This document shows positions 46,566 to 59,800 of a stretch of DNA of 64,000 nt, one piece after another (the stretch's first letter is position 1; each line of letters begins with the position of its first letter). The notes beneath the pieces were generated by a model. The model did not search any database, was not told the DNA's origin, and worked only from the letters and a program-made list of their open reading frames with translations. Where the stretch lies: contig CP154954.1 of the NCBI GenBank assembly GCA_039621445.1, forward strand, positions 30,322,395 through 30,386,394. The letters are read 5' to 3'. The position numbers and the translations under genes are program-made. This DNA comes from Euglena gracilis (lineage: Eukaryota).

Positions 46566-47002
46566 TAGGGCTGTTTCGATTAATCGATTAACAAACTAAT
46601 CGTTCGGCATCGCCGACTAATCGAATCGTTCGGCCAGGCGATTAATCATTCATTGAGGATGCCACCCACGATGGGCACGATATTTGCCGAAAGCACCAAA
46701 TTTCGGACAGTCACCAGTAATATAATGCACTACTACCTGCTGGTACCATGCAAAGGGTTCTTAAAAATGCCATCGAGCCAGTGTAGCGTTGCGCTGTTTT
46801 TCAGTAGTATCAAGCAGTTTATAATTGGTTGAATGGCGCCTGGGAAATGTGCCAGCGGGACCAAATAACTGTGTTCTGAGTTCACGTTTCTAATGCAAAA
46901 TTCACAATCAAATGTTGGAAAGGACTAATTAATCGCAAATCGTCCGAGGCAAATCGCGAAAAATCATTCGGCGGCTCGAAACTACTAACTTGCACAACCC
47001 TA
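46566..47002. mobile_element. TAGGG...CCCTA MITE inserted in a minisatellite
   Basis: TAGGGCTGT / ACAACCCTA; flanks CAGCCTC / CAGCCCC; host repeat resumes after 47002. Confidence 0.7.
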
Positions 47003-48999
47003 CAGCCCCCCTCCCCCCGTGACGCCAAACTGCCGCCACACCTGTGCCCCACCAAATTAGGCACCACCTGTGGCACCAAACTAGCCATTGGTTGAAAATA
47101 AGTTGAACGGAAAATTGGCAACCACATCTCCACAAGAAAAAAACACACACAAATGCACATGACACACATGCCTCATTCAGATCCTTCCCAAATGACACAC
47201 CACACTTGCCAGAACAAATTCCTAGTCAAAGATTGTTTTGTTGCCAAGCAATTGACACCGCTGAAAGAAACCAATGTCAGTGCAAAACTTAAAATTGTCG
47301 ACATGTTTCAAGGGACATGCTCAGGTCCAGGTGGCAGTTGTCGTATATAGGTACCAATCAACCTTCAGGGGTGTTGCACTGCACCTGTAGGACTTGGAAC
47401 AATGCACCCTGAGAAAGATCACATGAGAAGATTGCAAGGGGATGAAAGCAAACCTGCACAGCGAAACTGCTTCGACTGATCTCAACACCACATAATCAAT
47501 TCAAGAGTGCATGCTGGTCAACTTTTTCAATGCTCTCCAGCAAACCCCCCCCCCTTATTGTCCCCCCCCCCCTTATTGACCCTCGGCCCCGGCCGACGGG
47601 GGGTTTTTTTGGGCTCGGCCAATGAAATTCCTTTGGTACCCCCTTATTGTCCCCCCCCCTTATTGTCCGGTCGGGCCTCCCGGGGGGAGGTCGGTGGGAT
47701 AATAAGGGGGGGGGGGAGGGTACAGACTACCAACCTTCCAAGATCTTCCAAGGCCTTCTAGTGATTTCATTTCACCTCAAGCATATACTTCAACAGTTGC
47801 TTGCAATTGCAATTAAGATCTGTAGGAGAGAAAAGTACATTCACTAACAGAATTCTTCAGCAAACGTTTGCCATCAACGATCCCGGTCAATTTCTGTGAA
47901 GTGGTCCCACTCAGTACGGTCGTCCTGTGATGTGGTACGGTCATCCTGGGGTCGTCCTGTCATGTGTCCACGCGGCTGCCCTCTGGTGAGCGGACATTAA
48001 TTCAAGCCAGGCCATTCCATACGGGGAACACGAATATTTGACAGCTGGCAAATGTCTAAATGTCATATTAATGCCAAATGTCTATCAGAAACCCTTGGGG
48101 GGTCGGCACACCCCTCCCCCCCCCCTCACCGACCCCCTCGCCACGCCATTTTACCTACCCTTCCGCCCCCTTTTCAGACCCCCTCGCCATGCCATGTCAG
48201 GCCCGCCAAAGAACATTTTCTTTGCAAACCCCCGCGCACCCCTCCCCCCCCATCCGGGACCCCCTCGCCACGCCAACCTCCCCACCCCCCCTGGGGAGTC
48301 AGCACATCCCTCCCCCCCCCTCACTGACCCCCTTGCCACGCCATTTTACCCCCCCCCCTTTTCAGATCCCCTCGCCACGCCACGTCAGGCCCGCCAAAGT
48401 AATTTTCTGGGCAAACCCCCGCACACCCCTCCCCCCCATCCGGGACCCCCTCGCCACGCCAAAAACCCTCCCTCCCCTCCCCCATCCGGAACCCTCGCCA
48501 CGGCGTGCCGACCCCCCCCCCTAGCCGGAAACCTCGCCACGGCGTGCCGACCCAACCCTTGTCATTTGCCAAAATTTGTACTGCTGTATTGACATGGCGC
48601 CAGCATCACAAATTTCCATCCCCCCGACTGCACCACCGCCCGCAGTGTCCCATTGGTTTCGGGTGAGGATGTTGACATGGCGCCAACATCACAAATTTCC
48701 ATCCCCCGACTGCACCACCGCCCGCAATGGATACAAGGAACAGGGGGGGGGAGGGGGGTCCGAGGGGGGCGTTGGAAGCTGTACAGGGGGGTGGGAGGGG
48801 GGTTCCCAGAAAATCACAACTGTACTGCCTACCCCCGAGACAGTTGCGACATTTTTCGTCCAATTAAGGTTGGCAATGACGGATTTTGCCAAATTCAGAT
48901 GCATTTTGCGAAATATTTGTCTCTTGTAAAAAGAATGGTAGCCAGTGTTTTCACTTTAAACACTCAGCAGAAAGGCAGGAAGCAGCTTCTACCACAAAA

Positions 49000-49098
49000 A
49001 AGGGGTGGCGGACGCCGGTTCTGTCCAAAACCTGGCGTTCAGGACGCCGGTTCCGTCCGAAGGAAGGTTTTGGACAGAACCGGCGTCCGCCACCCCTT
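49000..49098. repeat. Perfect 34-bp inverted repeat, adjacent to a related TIR element (~49102-49911)
   Basis: 49000-49033 is the reverse complement of 49065-49098; GACGCCGGTTCTGTCC motif recurs at 49120-49150 and 49785-49900. Confidence 0.85.
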
Positions 49099-50839
49099 GT
49101 TTAATGCGGCGTTTTAGAGACGCCGGGTTCAGGACAGAACCGGCGTCCCCAACCTTCGGTCAAAGGACTCTCCCAGGACCAATCTCCGACAACTGATCTG
49201 CAATGTCACGCCGCCTTGCACTTCACCACATTCCGGCGATCGCGAGGGGACTTCTGGCTGTGTCGATCATCCCGCTACAAACTCACCCCTCATTTCATCA
49301 GAGGACTGGCGATCACGACCAAATTCAGCGACGCCGCCTGGAGCTGTTATTTTCTGTCACTGGGAAATTATAATTTCACAACTCTGGTGCCCCCCAGGAC
49401 CCCTCAGCTGGTCGATTCGAAGAGAAAAAACGTTTCTGTCAGGTTTATTCAGCATGTTAAACCAAAAAAACCCAAAAATCACTGCAAATTTTGATTCAGA
49501 TTCTGGCCGATCCGACGGTCGCGAGCGTACCTCTGGCTGCTTGCAACGTTAGGGTACCAAGTTACCCCTCAATCGAAAGCTCTTTTCAACAGACGACCAG
49601 CGGTGCTCATCAGATCCGTACGGTACTCTACATTTAAATCTGGGCCAATTTCACCAAATTTGGACATCCACCCAAGTGGTCCCCAAATGGCAAAAATCAT
49701 TGTCCTACATGGTTAAAACAGTCATACCAGGAGCTTAGGGCCACTTTTGGGCACTTTTGGTGACATTTCTCAGAATGAAAATCAGACGCCGGGTTTTGGA
49801 CAGAACCGGCGTTCCTAACGCCGAGTTTTAGGACAGAACCGGCGTCCGGAAAACCCGTGGGTGGGGGACGCCGGTTCTGTCCTGAACCCGGCGTCTCAAA
49901 CGCTGGTTTAATCACTCTCTCTTGGAACACCATGCGGAATTGAGCCAGGGTTGACGTTTTTTTGTTTTTTGAAAAAAGAAAAAAAACATTTTTTTTTCCA
50001 AAAAAAATGTTTTCTTTTTGGCAAAGCAAAAATTGACTTTTTCCCTTGCGAAATCGCCATTTTTTGAGGAAATAGTTCTAAGGTCATTTTTTTGGTCATA
50101 AAAAAGTGATTTTTTTTTAGTTTTTCCAGACCCTTCATTTGAAAATGCTTTTTATTGCACGTGTGAAAGCCAGAACCCTTTACGGACTTCGAAGTTGCAG
50201 AGTTTAAAAAAGACGATTTTTTCTAGAAAAAACATATCAAAAAATTTTCTCCAAACGTTTCCTCCGTGACGTTTTAGTTTTATTTTTAAAAAAACATATT
50301 TTTGGGGGTGCAACCCCCTGACCCCCCCCCCCGTTACACCCCCGTGACCCCCCCTGTGACCCGAGAGTCGATCTTTCGCCATTCATTTTTTTAAAAGCAT
50401 TTTTTCTAAAAATGAACTTTTATGTATCCTTGTCCGCCCAATGCACCTTCACCTCAAAAATGGCCAAGAATCTTGTCCCCTAAAAGAAGTGCCAAAAACA
50501 GGTGCATTTGCACACCCAAAACATAATTTTGTCAAAAATGGCCCAAACTTCATCCCAAAAACTTGTTGGTCAAGAAAATCATAACAAAAGTTGCTTTCAA
50601 AAAAAGACCAATTTTATCACGATGCAACGTCATGGATGTTGCCTCCCGACTACCTGAACAGTGGCACACTTCCCCCGTGACCCCCACCCCGTGGCCCCCC
50701 ATGACCCCCCCCCCGCCCCCGAGACCCGCACCACCCCCTTAAAAAAACATTTTTTTTGTTTCAAAAAAAGCAAGCCATTTTTATTTTTTTTTCATCTGTC
50801 TCGGGGGGGTTGGATTTGGGGCGAGAGGGGGGTCCTTTT

Positions 50840-52070
50840 GGGTCATTGCTGTTCTGAACCCTCTTGGAGGCGAGCTCTTAGCAGGCTTTTGGCCAACAAG
50901 GCTGTTAAATTCCCGTGGCCAACAAGGCTTTCAATACAAGAGAGGAACAGTTCCTCAGTTGCCTTGGCTGCCAGTGCTGTTTTTTGTCTTGTCTGTCTGC
51001 CTTGTGGCTTTTGTCGGAGATTGGAGCCGAACCAAGGATCAAACACAGGACGGGTGAGATATAGGCGAGCTCGTTCTGCAATTTTTCTCCCTACCGTCGC
51101 CCAGTTCGATCGCCCGCCACGCTGCAAAGGACAAAGCACCGCTTTGGCGAACGCCCACAAGCGATGCAGGGTTTCCCAGCCAGGTTCCCTGTTGAAGTGC
51201 CTCAACGGTTGCAGGTAGGTTTGATTGACATTGAGGAGCGCTCCACGTGGCAGGTATACAAGGGTGCCTGCATCATCAAAAGAAATTTCCTCAAAAGTTG
51301 GATGAAGGGAGGGTGGGCATGGAGCAGAGAATGCATGGAGCAGAGAAACCCAGCAATGTGATTTTGACCAATGGGGGTCGGTGGGGGTCCAGCTGGGGCT
51401 GGTGACGATGCTGCTGCGGTTGTTGCCACTGAGGATGAAGAGCACCCATAGGGGGGTTGGAGAACTTCAGGAAAGGCGCCGCCTGGTTTGCCTGCATACA
51501 CATGGCCCCAACATCTGACGGGGGGGGAAAGTCCTGGTCCTTGTGTGCCAATCGGGTTCTCCATGATGACCATGGAGCACGTTGAGGGCTGGCCTTGTTG
51601 GCAAATGGTTGGAACTGTACAGGGGGGGGTCCCAAGGTTTGACCAACTGTACTGCCTTGTCCCCAATTCCCCCATTGGAAAGGGGATCTTGGTTCCCAAA
51701 TTTGCCGGGTCCATTGTTCTGATTCAAAGGCTGCGTGACCTTCACCCGCCAGAGCCTCCACGGCGCATCCCAGTGTCCGACTGTTCCCAAACGATTACCT
51801 TTCCTTCGGACACGGAAAACACAAAAGAGCGATTGCATAATTTGCGCAAAGCAATATTCGGTTTCCCAAAAGTATCCGCACCGGGCCCTTCTGGCTTGAG
51901 ACCTGACCACCTCAAGGCCATGGTTGGAGACTACCCACGGGCTTGTGGAGACGACCTCCTCGAAGTGCTTGATACCTTCATCTGTCGAGCAATTACAAAC
52001 GGTGTTCACCCCGGCACGGCCCCAATTCTTTCCTCCACCAGGTTGACACCTCTGCAAAAACAAAACAAAA
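50840..52070. mobile_element. Rearranged CRE-like fragment (50840-~51500 on -, ~51711-52070 on +)
   Basis: WETLHRLWAFAKAVL..GGR on minus; LRDLHP..SAPGPSGLRPDHL on plus; both homologous to 59374-60279. Confidence 0.85.
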
Positions 52071-52074
52071 ATGT

Positions 52075-54494
52075 TTGCGGATCCCTGAATTGCGTTACCG
52101 CTCTTCAACCCGCGAACCAGGTCGACACCTACGCGATGCGTGTATGGAACACATTTAATTTTGGTCAATACCGTATTTTGGAGGAATTGTTCTCTCAAAT
52201 TGCGGTTGTGGCTGATTCCTTCGATTTGTCGTTGGAAATTGATGCGTTTTCATCAAAAGCGCATGCGCGCTTGTCGCGATATTGGTCGCGACATTCCAAC
52301 GCATTTCTTAAATTTTGGGGTGATACGGTGCTATGGATGCACCCTCCCCCAAAACTTATCCCGGATGTGGTGGAGAAAATCCTCCGCGATGAAGCGCGAG
52401 GAGCTCTCCTCATACCCGTCAATCCGAATGCGGATTGGTTTCACCAACTATCCTATGTGTGCTTTCATTGGTGGGATTTACCCACTGATGTACCACTATT
52501 TGAGGATTTTTGTGGTATATTATTACCACCTGTTAAAGAAATCATTTTTCGCGTTTGTTTCTTCGACGCATTCGGAATATCCGATGTGCGTGTGCCAAGA
52601 TACCTTGGTACGGATGGGGATGCCACACCCTCAACGCAGATTTCTGCGGTCATTGAGAGTGCGGACCAGCACCCCAAGTCTGCTGACTATTGTTCGCGAA
52701 TTACTCGCGAATTTCATGGTGTACTGGATAACCCAGTATACGCCTGCGACATCGACCCCGCGATTCGCGGTCCATTCGGTGTTTGCAAAATCGAGCTCAA
52801 GGATGGCCCTAAACCCATGCACCGGAAATTCTTCCGTTGTTCGAGTTGACGCGAACAAGCTCTCAACGAGATGATTGAGAAGCTCATCCAGCGGAAGTGG
52901 ATTATCCCTTCCAAGAGCGAGTGGACATCACAAGCTTTTGTGGTTCCCAAACCCGCTGACCAGTCTGGTCAGAAGAAGTGGAGACTAGTGCTGGATTACC
53001 GGTACCTGAACTCCCAAACGAAGGATGACCCCTGGCCGTTACCGTTGATCGAGGATTTGATCACCAAGCCACCAAGCAATCGGATAACCGGTTATGGTCA
53101 ATCTTTGATCTGGAAGACGGTTTCCATCAGATGCATTTGCATCCTGATTCACAACCGTACACGGCATTCGTGACATCCAAGGGTGTGTACCAATGGACGG
53201 TACTCCCCATGGGTGTTAAGAATGGCCCAGCCATGTTTCAGCGCATGATCCAGTGGGTTTTGCGCGATTTACCGTTTGCTCTGGTGTACATCGATGATGT
53301 ACTGGTGGGAACCCAACCGCCATCCGCGAAATCGGGCGAGGATATCCTCGAACCGCATTATCGCGATGTGCGGGCGGTATTATCCGCGTTCAAAAAGCAT
53401 TTGCTTTTTGTGAAGGGTTCCAAAATGCACCTGTTTCGCAAAATTATTAAGTTTTGCGGGCATATCCTGAGTAACGGGCAGCGTAAAGCCGCACCCAGTA
53501 AGATGGAGGCCATTAAGAAATGGACTCCTGAGGTCATTAAGACCTTAACGCATTTAAAGGGATTTTTGGGATTAGCCCAATATTACGCGATTCACATGAA
53601 AGATTTCGCGAAAATCGCGGTACCCCTAACCCGACAGCTCAAAAATCGGACACCCGATAACGTCAAAGTCATTTGGGATGACCAAATGCGCAAGGCCTTG
53701 AATAAAATCAAGGACTTGCTCCTCGAGAACGTGGTTCTCGATATCGCGGATCCATATAAACCGTATGTCCGCTGCCATGAAAAGCCGCATCACCCTCATC
53801 CGGGTTCCCAGGATAAAACCAGGGGGCTCGGCTGAGAGGATCCGCAACTTTTTGCGTGTGACCTGGGGTATAGATAACCACCAGGTTAAACTGGCTCAAG
53901 AACTCATGCCATCGGCATCTTCTGCCCACTGATGACATGGCCTTGTTTAGGTCCTCGGTATACCAGTGTTGAAGGCTCTCATGATCCGTCAACACAAGTA
54001 CCTGGACCAAGCTGCTGGCTATCCAGCTGTGGAATTTCTGGAGAATAAGCACAATGGCATATGTCTCCTTTTCGCGAATGCTCCATTTAACCTGTCCTTT
54101 CCCGTTGTCGCCCTGTAGCTTCCTGCTGAAGAAAGCCACAGGTCGGAGCTCATTCGCCGCATTATGCTGGCTAAGAACTCCGCCAACAGCGTAATCGCTG
54201 CTGTCGACCTCCAGGATCCATGAGGCTGACCAGTTCGCACGTCGATCCGACGCTGCGGACAACATGCTCGATTCACTCCCTGTTTCCCGGGTATATCGCA
54301 GCATCGCCATTTCACCATTGCGTGGAAGGCGTCGGCGTCGACGCACTGCCGGACCCCGTCGCATTACGCGTACGGAAACTCCGACCCCCTTATTTTTCCG
54401 CGAATGGGATTATTCGCGTGACCCTATATATAGTACCATTGTGAATAGACTTCGTAATGGTGAATCCATAGAGAATTACTCTCTATCACCATGA
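52075..54494 (+). mobile_element. Ty3/Gypsy pol fragment: Dam-like MT + RT + inverted RNase H
   Basis: WRLVLDYRYLN, LPMGVKNGPAMFQR, VYIDD, FCGH, FLGLAQYY on +; VDSSDYAVGGVLSQ, EKETYAI, TDH, ADPLSR on - (53771-54213). Confidence 0.92.
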
Positions 54495-56854
54495 TTCTGG
54501 TTATAAATATTGTATACCCCAAGACCTGGTTGATGATGTGATTTTGAGCTATCAGAACCATGGTCACCCTGGGGCCCCCAAACCAATTTGGCCAGCACCC
54601 CGGGTATTGTGAAGCCTTAAGCAATAGACTGATTGTTGCAAGAAAAATGTTGCACATCAAATTTCGAGAATTTGATGCAACCCTTCATTGATATGGTAAT
54701 TTTTTGAAATGATAAATTGATATGCAATATTGTTGCTTCTGTGGCATATTGAATGCTTTTAACAGCAATCCATATCATTGAGTCTCTTCTGCAAAAAAAA
54801 GTCCAACATCCAGCAATTCTTCAAAAGAATTATGCAACCTTGGGGCATCAACAACCATAAATATATCTGGCCTCTGGGCGAGGATCCAACTTTGAAGGAG
54901 GCCAAGTTTCCATGCTATCGTTAAAAGGGAATGTGAGGCTAAAATGTGATGGAAGATAACAGCCCTGGATTTGAGAAAGCTAAATGCGGTATTTCGGGCT
55001 CATTATAGACGGCAAAGAGGGGGCAGTGGTCTGCGTTCGGCGGGAACGCTGTAAAAAGGACCCAACGGGTGCCGCTCTACAACAGAAGGCGCAAAATATT
55101 TCAAAAAATGCGGGAGCACCCCTTTGTCCGACTCTTCAAAGTGGCACACCGGGTCAGGGGTCGTAGGAACCCGGTCGGTGGGCAAAGGAGGGGGTACATG
55201 AGCCCTGGGTGTTCACATGTCAGTGGGGGGGGGGGTCGTACACGCCACCCAACCCACAACCCCTGACCAGGGGGTGATCGGACGCCGTGCCAAAAAACAA
55301 CCCAATTTTCAAAGCCATCTTCAACCCCGGCCAGGAGGGTGGTCGTATGTACCCCCGAAACTGTGACCCCCAACTGGGGGGTGGTCATTGTTCATGGGTG
55401 TTTGGTGGGCAAAGGAAGGAGGTATGGGGGCTGTGGTGAGTTGGGTGGGATGACATTGGAACCTTCAAGAAAATTATGGATGACTGCAGAAAAGCTCATA
55501 CTGAGAACACATTTCCACCAAAGAGGAAAAATTAACCTCAGGCTCAAAGTGCCAATTTTTTCCAAGTTGGAAAAAAATTCCCAACAGAACTAGGGGGAGG
55601 GGCAAACTTGGCACGAAGGGTCCCCCTTGGGGTCCAAAAAAAAAATCCAGGGGAGCCGAGGGAAACGTTTGGCGTAGAAATTGGCACCCCCCCCAGAAAA
55701 ATGGAAAGCTGGCGGGGGGGGGGGGGACTCCACCCCACATCGGTCCTTTGGGAAATTTAAAAAAAAACTCCGCTGTTCCAGCACAGTCAAGGACAAAAAA
55801 CCAAGGAAGTGGGCAAGAAAAATTGGTATTTTTCGGCAAGAAGAGGTCGACACCAGGAAAAAAATGAGCCCTGGCATCCTTGGACCATCGTCCATCCACC
55901 CAAATCATCAAAAAATGTACATTTTAACTTTTGAGTTTTTGACCCCGTTCAAGTCCTAGTCCAGCCCTTTGTCGGCAGAAAGGGGGGGGGGCTGTCCTTA
56001 AGAAAACAAAAAAAAACGTTCCTGACCCTTCCGGTTTCAAAGGACCGCCCTGCCCCCCCCCCCCCACACAGTTCTGTACAGCCCCTAGCAAATTCCGCCA
56101 AAAATCAAAAAAAATACACAAATGCAGAAAAGGCGCTTGTGCCCCCCTGCCTTGAGACCCATCTGAGGAATTGTCAGAACGCATTGCATCATCCATTGGG
56201 TGGATCTCAAGGAATCATTATTTTTTATTAAATTATTTTTCACGGCGGGAGGGGTCCCAGCTCAGCCCACCCCACTCACGGTGGATGGGGGTCCCTCTTT
56301 TTTTTAGTGCGAAGAACTAACATTTTTGGGACAAAATTGACCCCCCGAATCCCCTGTCCCACCCCAGGGGCAGGTTTGGTGCCGACCCCTCCAGGTCCTA
56401 AAAAACAGCATCTCACACCTCGTCCATTTGATATTATGCATTTGAACCAATTTCTGAAAAAGGGGTCGGACCAAAATGAGTTCCATCTGTTTCAACGAAA
56501 CCCAAGTTAACAAAAGTGCTGGGGGGATCGGTGGGGAGGACCTAAACCAAAGCCTCACAAAATAAAGAATCACCAAGGTGAGTGGATGTTTCTGAGTTTC
56601 TTTGCTCATCTTCCGCTAACCACTGACCCCCACACCCACCCTGAACAAGTATCACTCAGTAGCTCTTTTGTACATTACACCCACAGTATAATCTACCCGC
56701 GACATGTGGCGGCAGAGGGAGTCACAAGGGGGTTCCTCTTGTGGCGAGGGCCAAAAGAGACGTTTCCCTGGGCCCGGGGCACAGTTTGGGTGAAGCTGTG
56801 CTACCCACCGTGGTGTTTGCCAAAAAATCTGAGTTTCTTTCTGAGTGTCTATTT

Positions 56855-59800
56855 TTTTTCGTGTGTATTTTTCTTCGCATAATACATGGCGGACAATTGA
56901 AAGCTCCTGGTGGGGTCAAGTATCCAAGTCAAGAATTCAACTATCATCGAAAGTCCTTACAAGTCCTGCTGGTGCAGGCGGAAGAAGGCAGAAGTCCTGC
57001 TGGTGCAGGCGGAAGAAGGCAGACGTCCTGCCGGTGCAGGCGGAACAAGGCGGTGTTCATGTTACAAGCTTTGGGCTTCAGCCCTTTGGTGTTACTGCAG
57101 GAGCTCATCATGCTTTCTATGGCCGGTGAGGCCTTTATGGTTTATCTGGTTTCTTTGGGCCTGAAAAGGCCCCCACCAACCTTTCTAGGCCTGAAAAGGC
57201 CCCCCCAGCCACTGGGCCTGCAAAGGCCCCCCCAGCCACTGGGCCTGAAAAGGCACCCCCAGCCCCCGGGCCTGCAAAGGCCCCCCCCCAATGATCAGCC
57301 CCCCAATCACTGCATACCCACCCCTGCTATCATGCCCAACCACTGCAAACCCACCATGCACACCACCATTCTTTGGGTCTCCAAAGGTCACCCATCACCA
57401 ACCCTTCCATTTGCATGCAGGGAAACCTTCTGGTGCTGACATCTTCCCCAACCAACCCCCCAGATTGCTTTCAAACATTGTTCTCCATCCGTACCCCTGT
57501 CATCTCACACCAGGCATCAGACATCTTTTCACAGTTTTGGTTTTCATTGCCAGACTCGGGGCTAGTGGCTGCACCAACATCTGTTGTAAGCCCCCACTGC
57601 CACTTGGAACCTGTTTGCATTCCTTCTCTGTGCACTCTCTTTTGCTTTGTTTGAAAGTGCCAGTGAAAACCTGTGTCCTGAAGGGAAACTCCTTTCATCT
57701 GTTGACACTTTTTGCAGCAGTTTTGACTTGACATTGAAAAACATTTTGCCACCCCAACCCCTAAGTGACACCATTTTACCCCAGTGTCCTGCAAAGTCAC
57801 TGAGACTGCAAAGGCCCCTCTGTGACAACATTTCGGTCTGTTGCACCATTTTGCCCCAGTGGCCTCAACACCATTTTGCTCCAGTGGCCTGCCAAGGCCA
57901 TGGGCCTGCAAAGGCCCCCCTGTGACACATTTTTTTCCTGTTGCAGCATTTTGTCCCAGTGGCCGGCAAAGGCCATGGGCCTTCAAAGGCCCCCCCCCCA
58001 AGGTTGACGGCTTGTTTTTTTTTGAAACAAAAAAAACATGTTTTTTTAAAAAATATGTTTTTTAAAAAAAAAACAAAAAAAACGTCATGGAGGGGTTGGG
58101 GGAAAAAATTTTTGCAATGTTTTTTTTGGGAAAAAGTGCATTTTTTATCTCTACAACATTCATTTTTTTGGGTTGAAAGCATGATTTTCGCACCAGAAAA
58201 CACAGATTTGGAAATACTTTCACACATTTGAAAAAAAAACTTCACAGGGGGTGTTCCCCCCATGACCCCCCTCCCCCAACCCGACCTAAGACCCGTTTTG
58301 GCCATTTTTTCTGAAAAACTTGGCTGGTGATGCCTAATTTGACAAAATATTCCGGTAGATTTCCTAATTTTCGTTTGGGGGATTCCTATTTTGGAGTCTA
58401 AAAAGGATTTTATCCCAAAAATTCTTTTTCGGTGATTTCTAATCTGGCCACCGAAAATGTGACCCCCCCTCGTGACCCCCCCTGTGACCCCCGTGACCCC
58501 CCCCCCTCGTGACCCGAACCACCCGCAAAAACAATTCTTCAAAAAAAATGGTCATTTCGCAAGGAAAAAGGTCAATTTTTGCTATTTCGAAAAAAAACAT
58601 GTTTTTTTGCTTTTTTTAAAAAAAACATGTTTTTTTGTTTTTTTTTAAATAAAAAAAACGTCAACCCTGCCCCCCCTGACACCATTGTTGCTCTCAGCCT
58701 GAAAAGCCCCCGACAAACTGGCAAACCATGTTCCTCCACATTTTGGCGTGCAACAGTGGCCCCCCAGCCAGCCAGTTCTGTCAGATTCTGCTGGCCTGCA
58801 ACCTTCCCACCTCAGCAAAATGAACTTGACAACCCCCAGGTTCCCTCTCCGCTGATAGGAAAAAACCACCCGACGTCGGCCAAACAAAGAAAAGTGCTTG
58901 TGCCTTACACCCCTGCAAAAGACAGCACACAGCCTACCCTGGCAGCGAAAATTCACCATAAAACCAGAACAACCCCAGGAGCCAAAGCCCCCAGATTCTG
59001 CAGACCTCCGAAATTTGAACGCCAAAGGAAAACGATGAGCTGGCCCGAACGCATGCCCACCATGACGCACCAAAGCCCCAGCACTTGCACAGGTCACCAC
59101 TGTCGCTTGGGGCGCGGAGAATGAATTTTATCCTGTGGTGACATTCAGCCCAACCCAGGCCCCGCAGCACCACCACAGACTGAAATCGACTTCAGTGAGG
59201 ATCCGGCGAGGGCTGTCGGCTTCCTGATGGCAACTGCCTCGGTCCCAACCACCCGGGCCCCACTTTTAGAAACCACTTCGCAAGATGGCCGGAATCTATA
59301 ACAGCTCCTTCTGGACCTTATTGGGGGAGACCCAGCTCAAAGCGAACTGCCATCCAATCCTGCCTCCGCTCATTTGCCTCAGAGCATCGAAATGAACATT
59401 GATGCCGCAACGCACCCCCTTTCAGGACCATGCCCTGACCTCCATCCAACTTGGGATGAAATCGCCCACGATCGCCGTGGTTCCATCGGCCTCATCCCTC
59501 GCGGGGCCATCCAAGCTGTGGCCGAGGTCTATTGCACACTCATGCGCCGCCTGAACGAACAAAGCACCTGGGAAGCCTTGCACGCCCTTTGGTGCTTTCC
59601 CAAGGCAGTGCTGGCTCCCTTCGGCCGTGGCGGGCACGGTCACTGGGCACGTCTTGGTCGCATCCTGCAGACTCGTGCACGACAATACCTAAGCCGCCCT
59701 ACGCTGGAGAGTTAGAAGGACACCTCTTCTCCATTGGGAGGCACTAACACACGAAAGAGACCACGTACCAGACTGGCTGCCTCGAAAGAGGAAGAAGTAA

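Noticed and set aside
51488-52849. 453-aa ORF as a real gene
   Set aside because: Chance in-frame chimera of MITE sequence, a CRE-like fragment (to ~52070) and a Gypsy fragment
52079-54219. GGATCC at two Gypsy breakpoints (link to Dam GATC sites)
   Set aside because: Only two instances, and the other inversion breakpoint lacks it; probably chance
56700-56815. SL RNA or snRNA target gene for the CRE-like element
   Set aside because: No recognisable SL, 5S or U snRNA motifs
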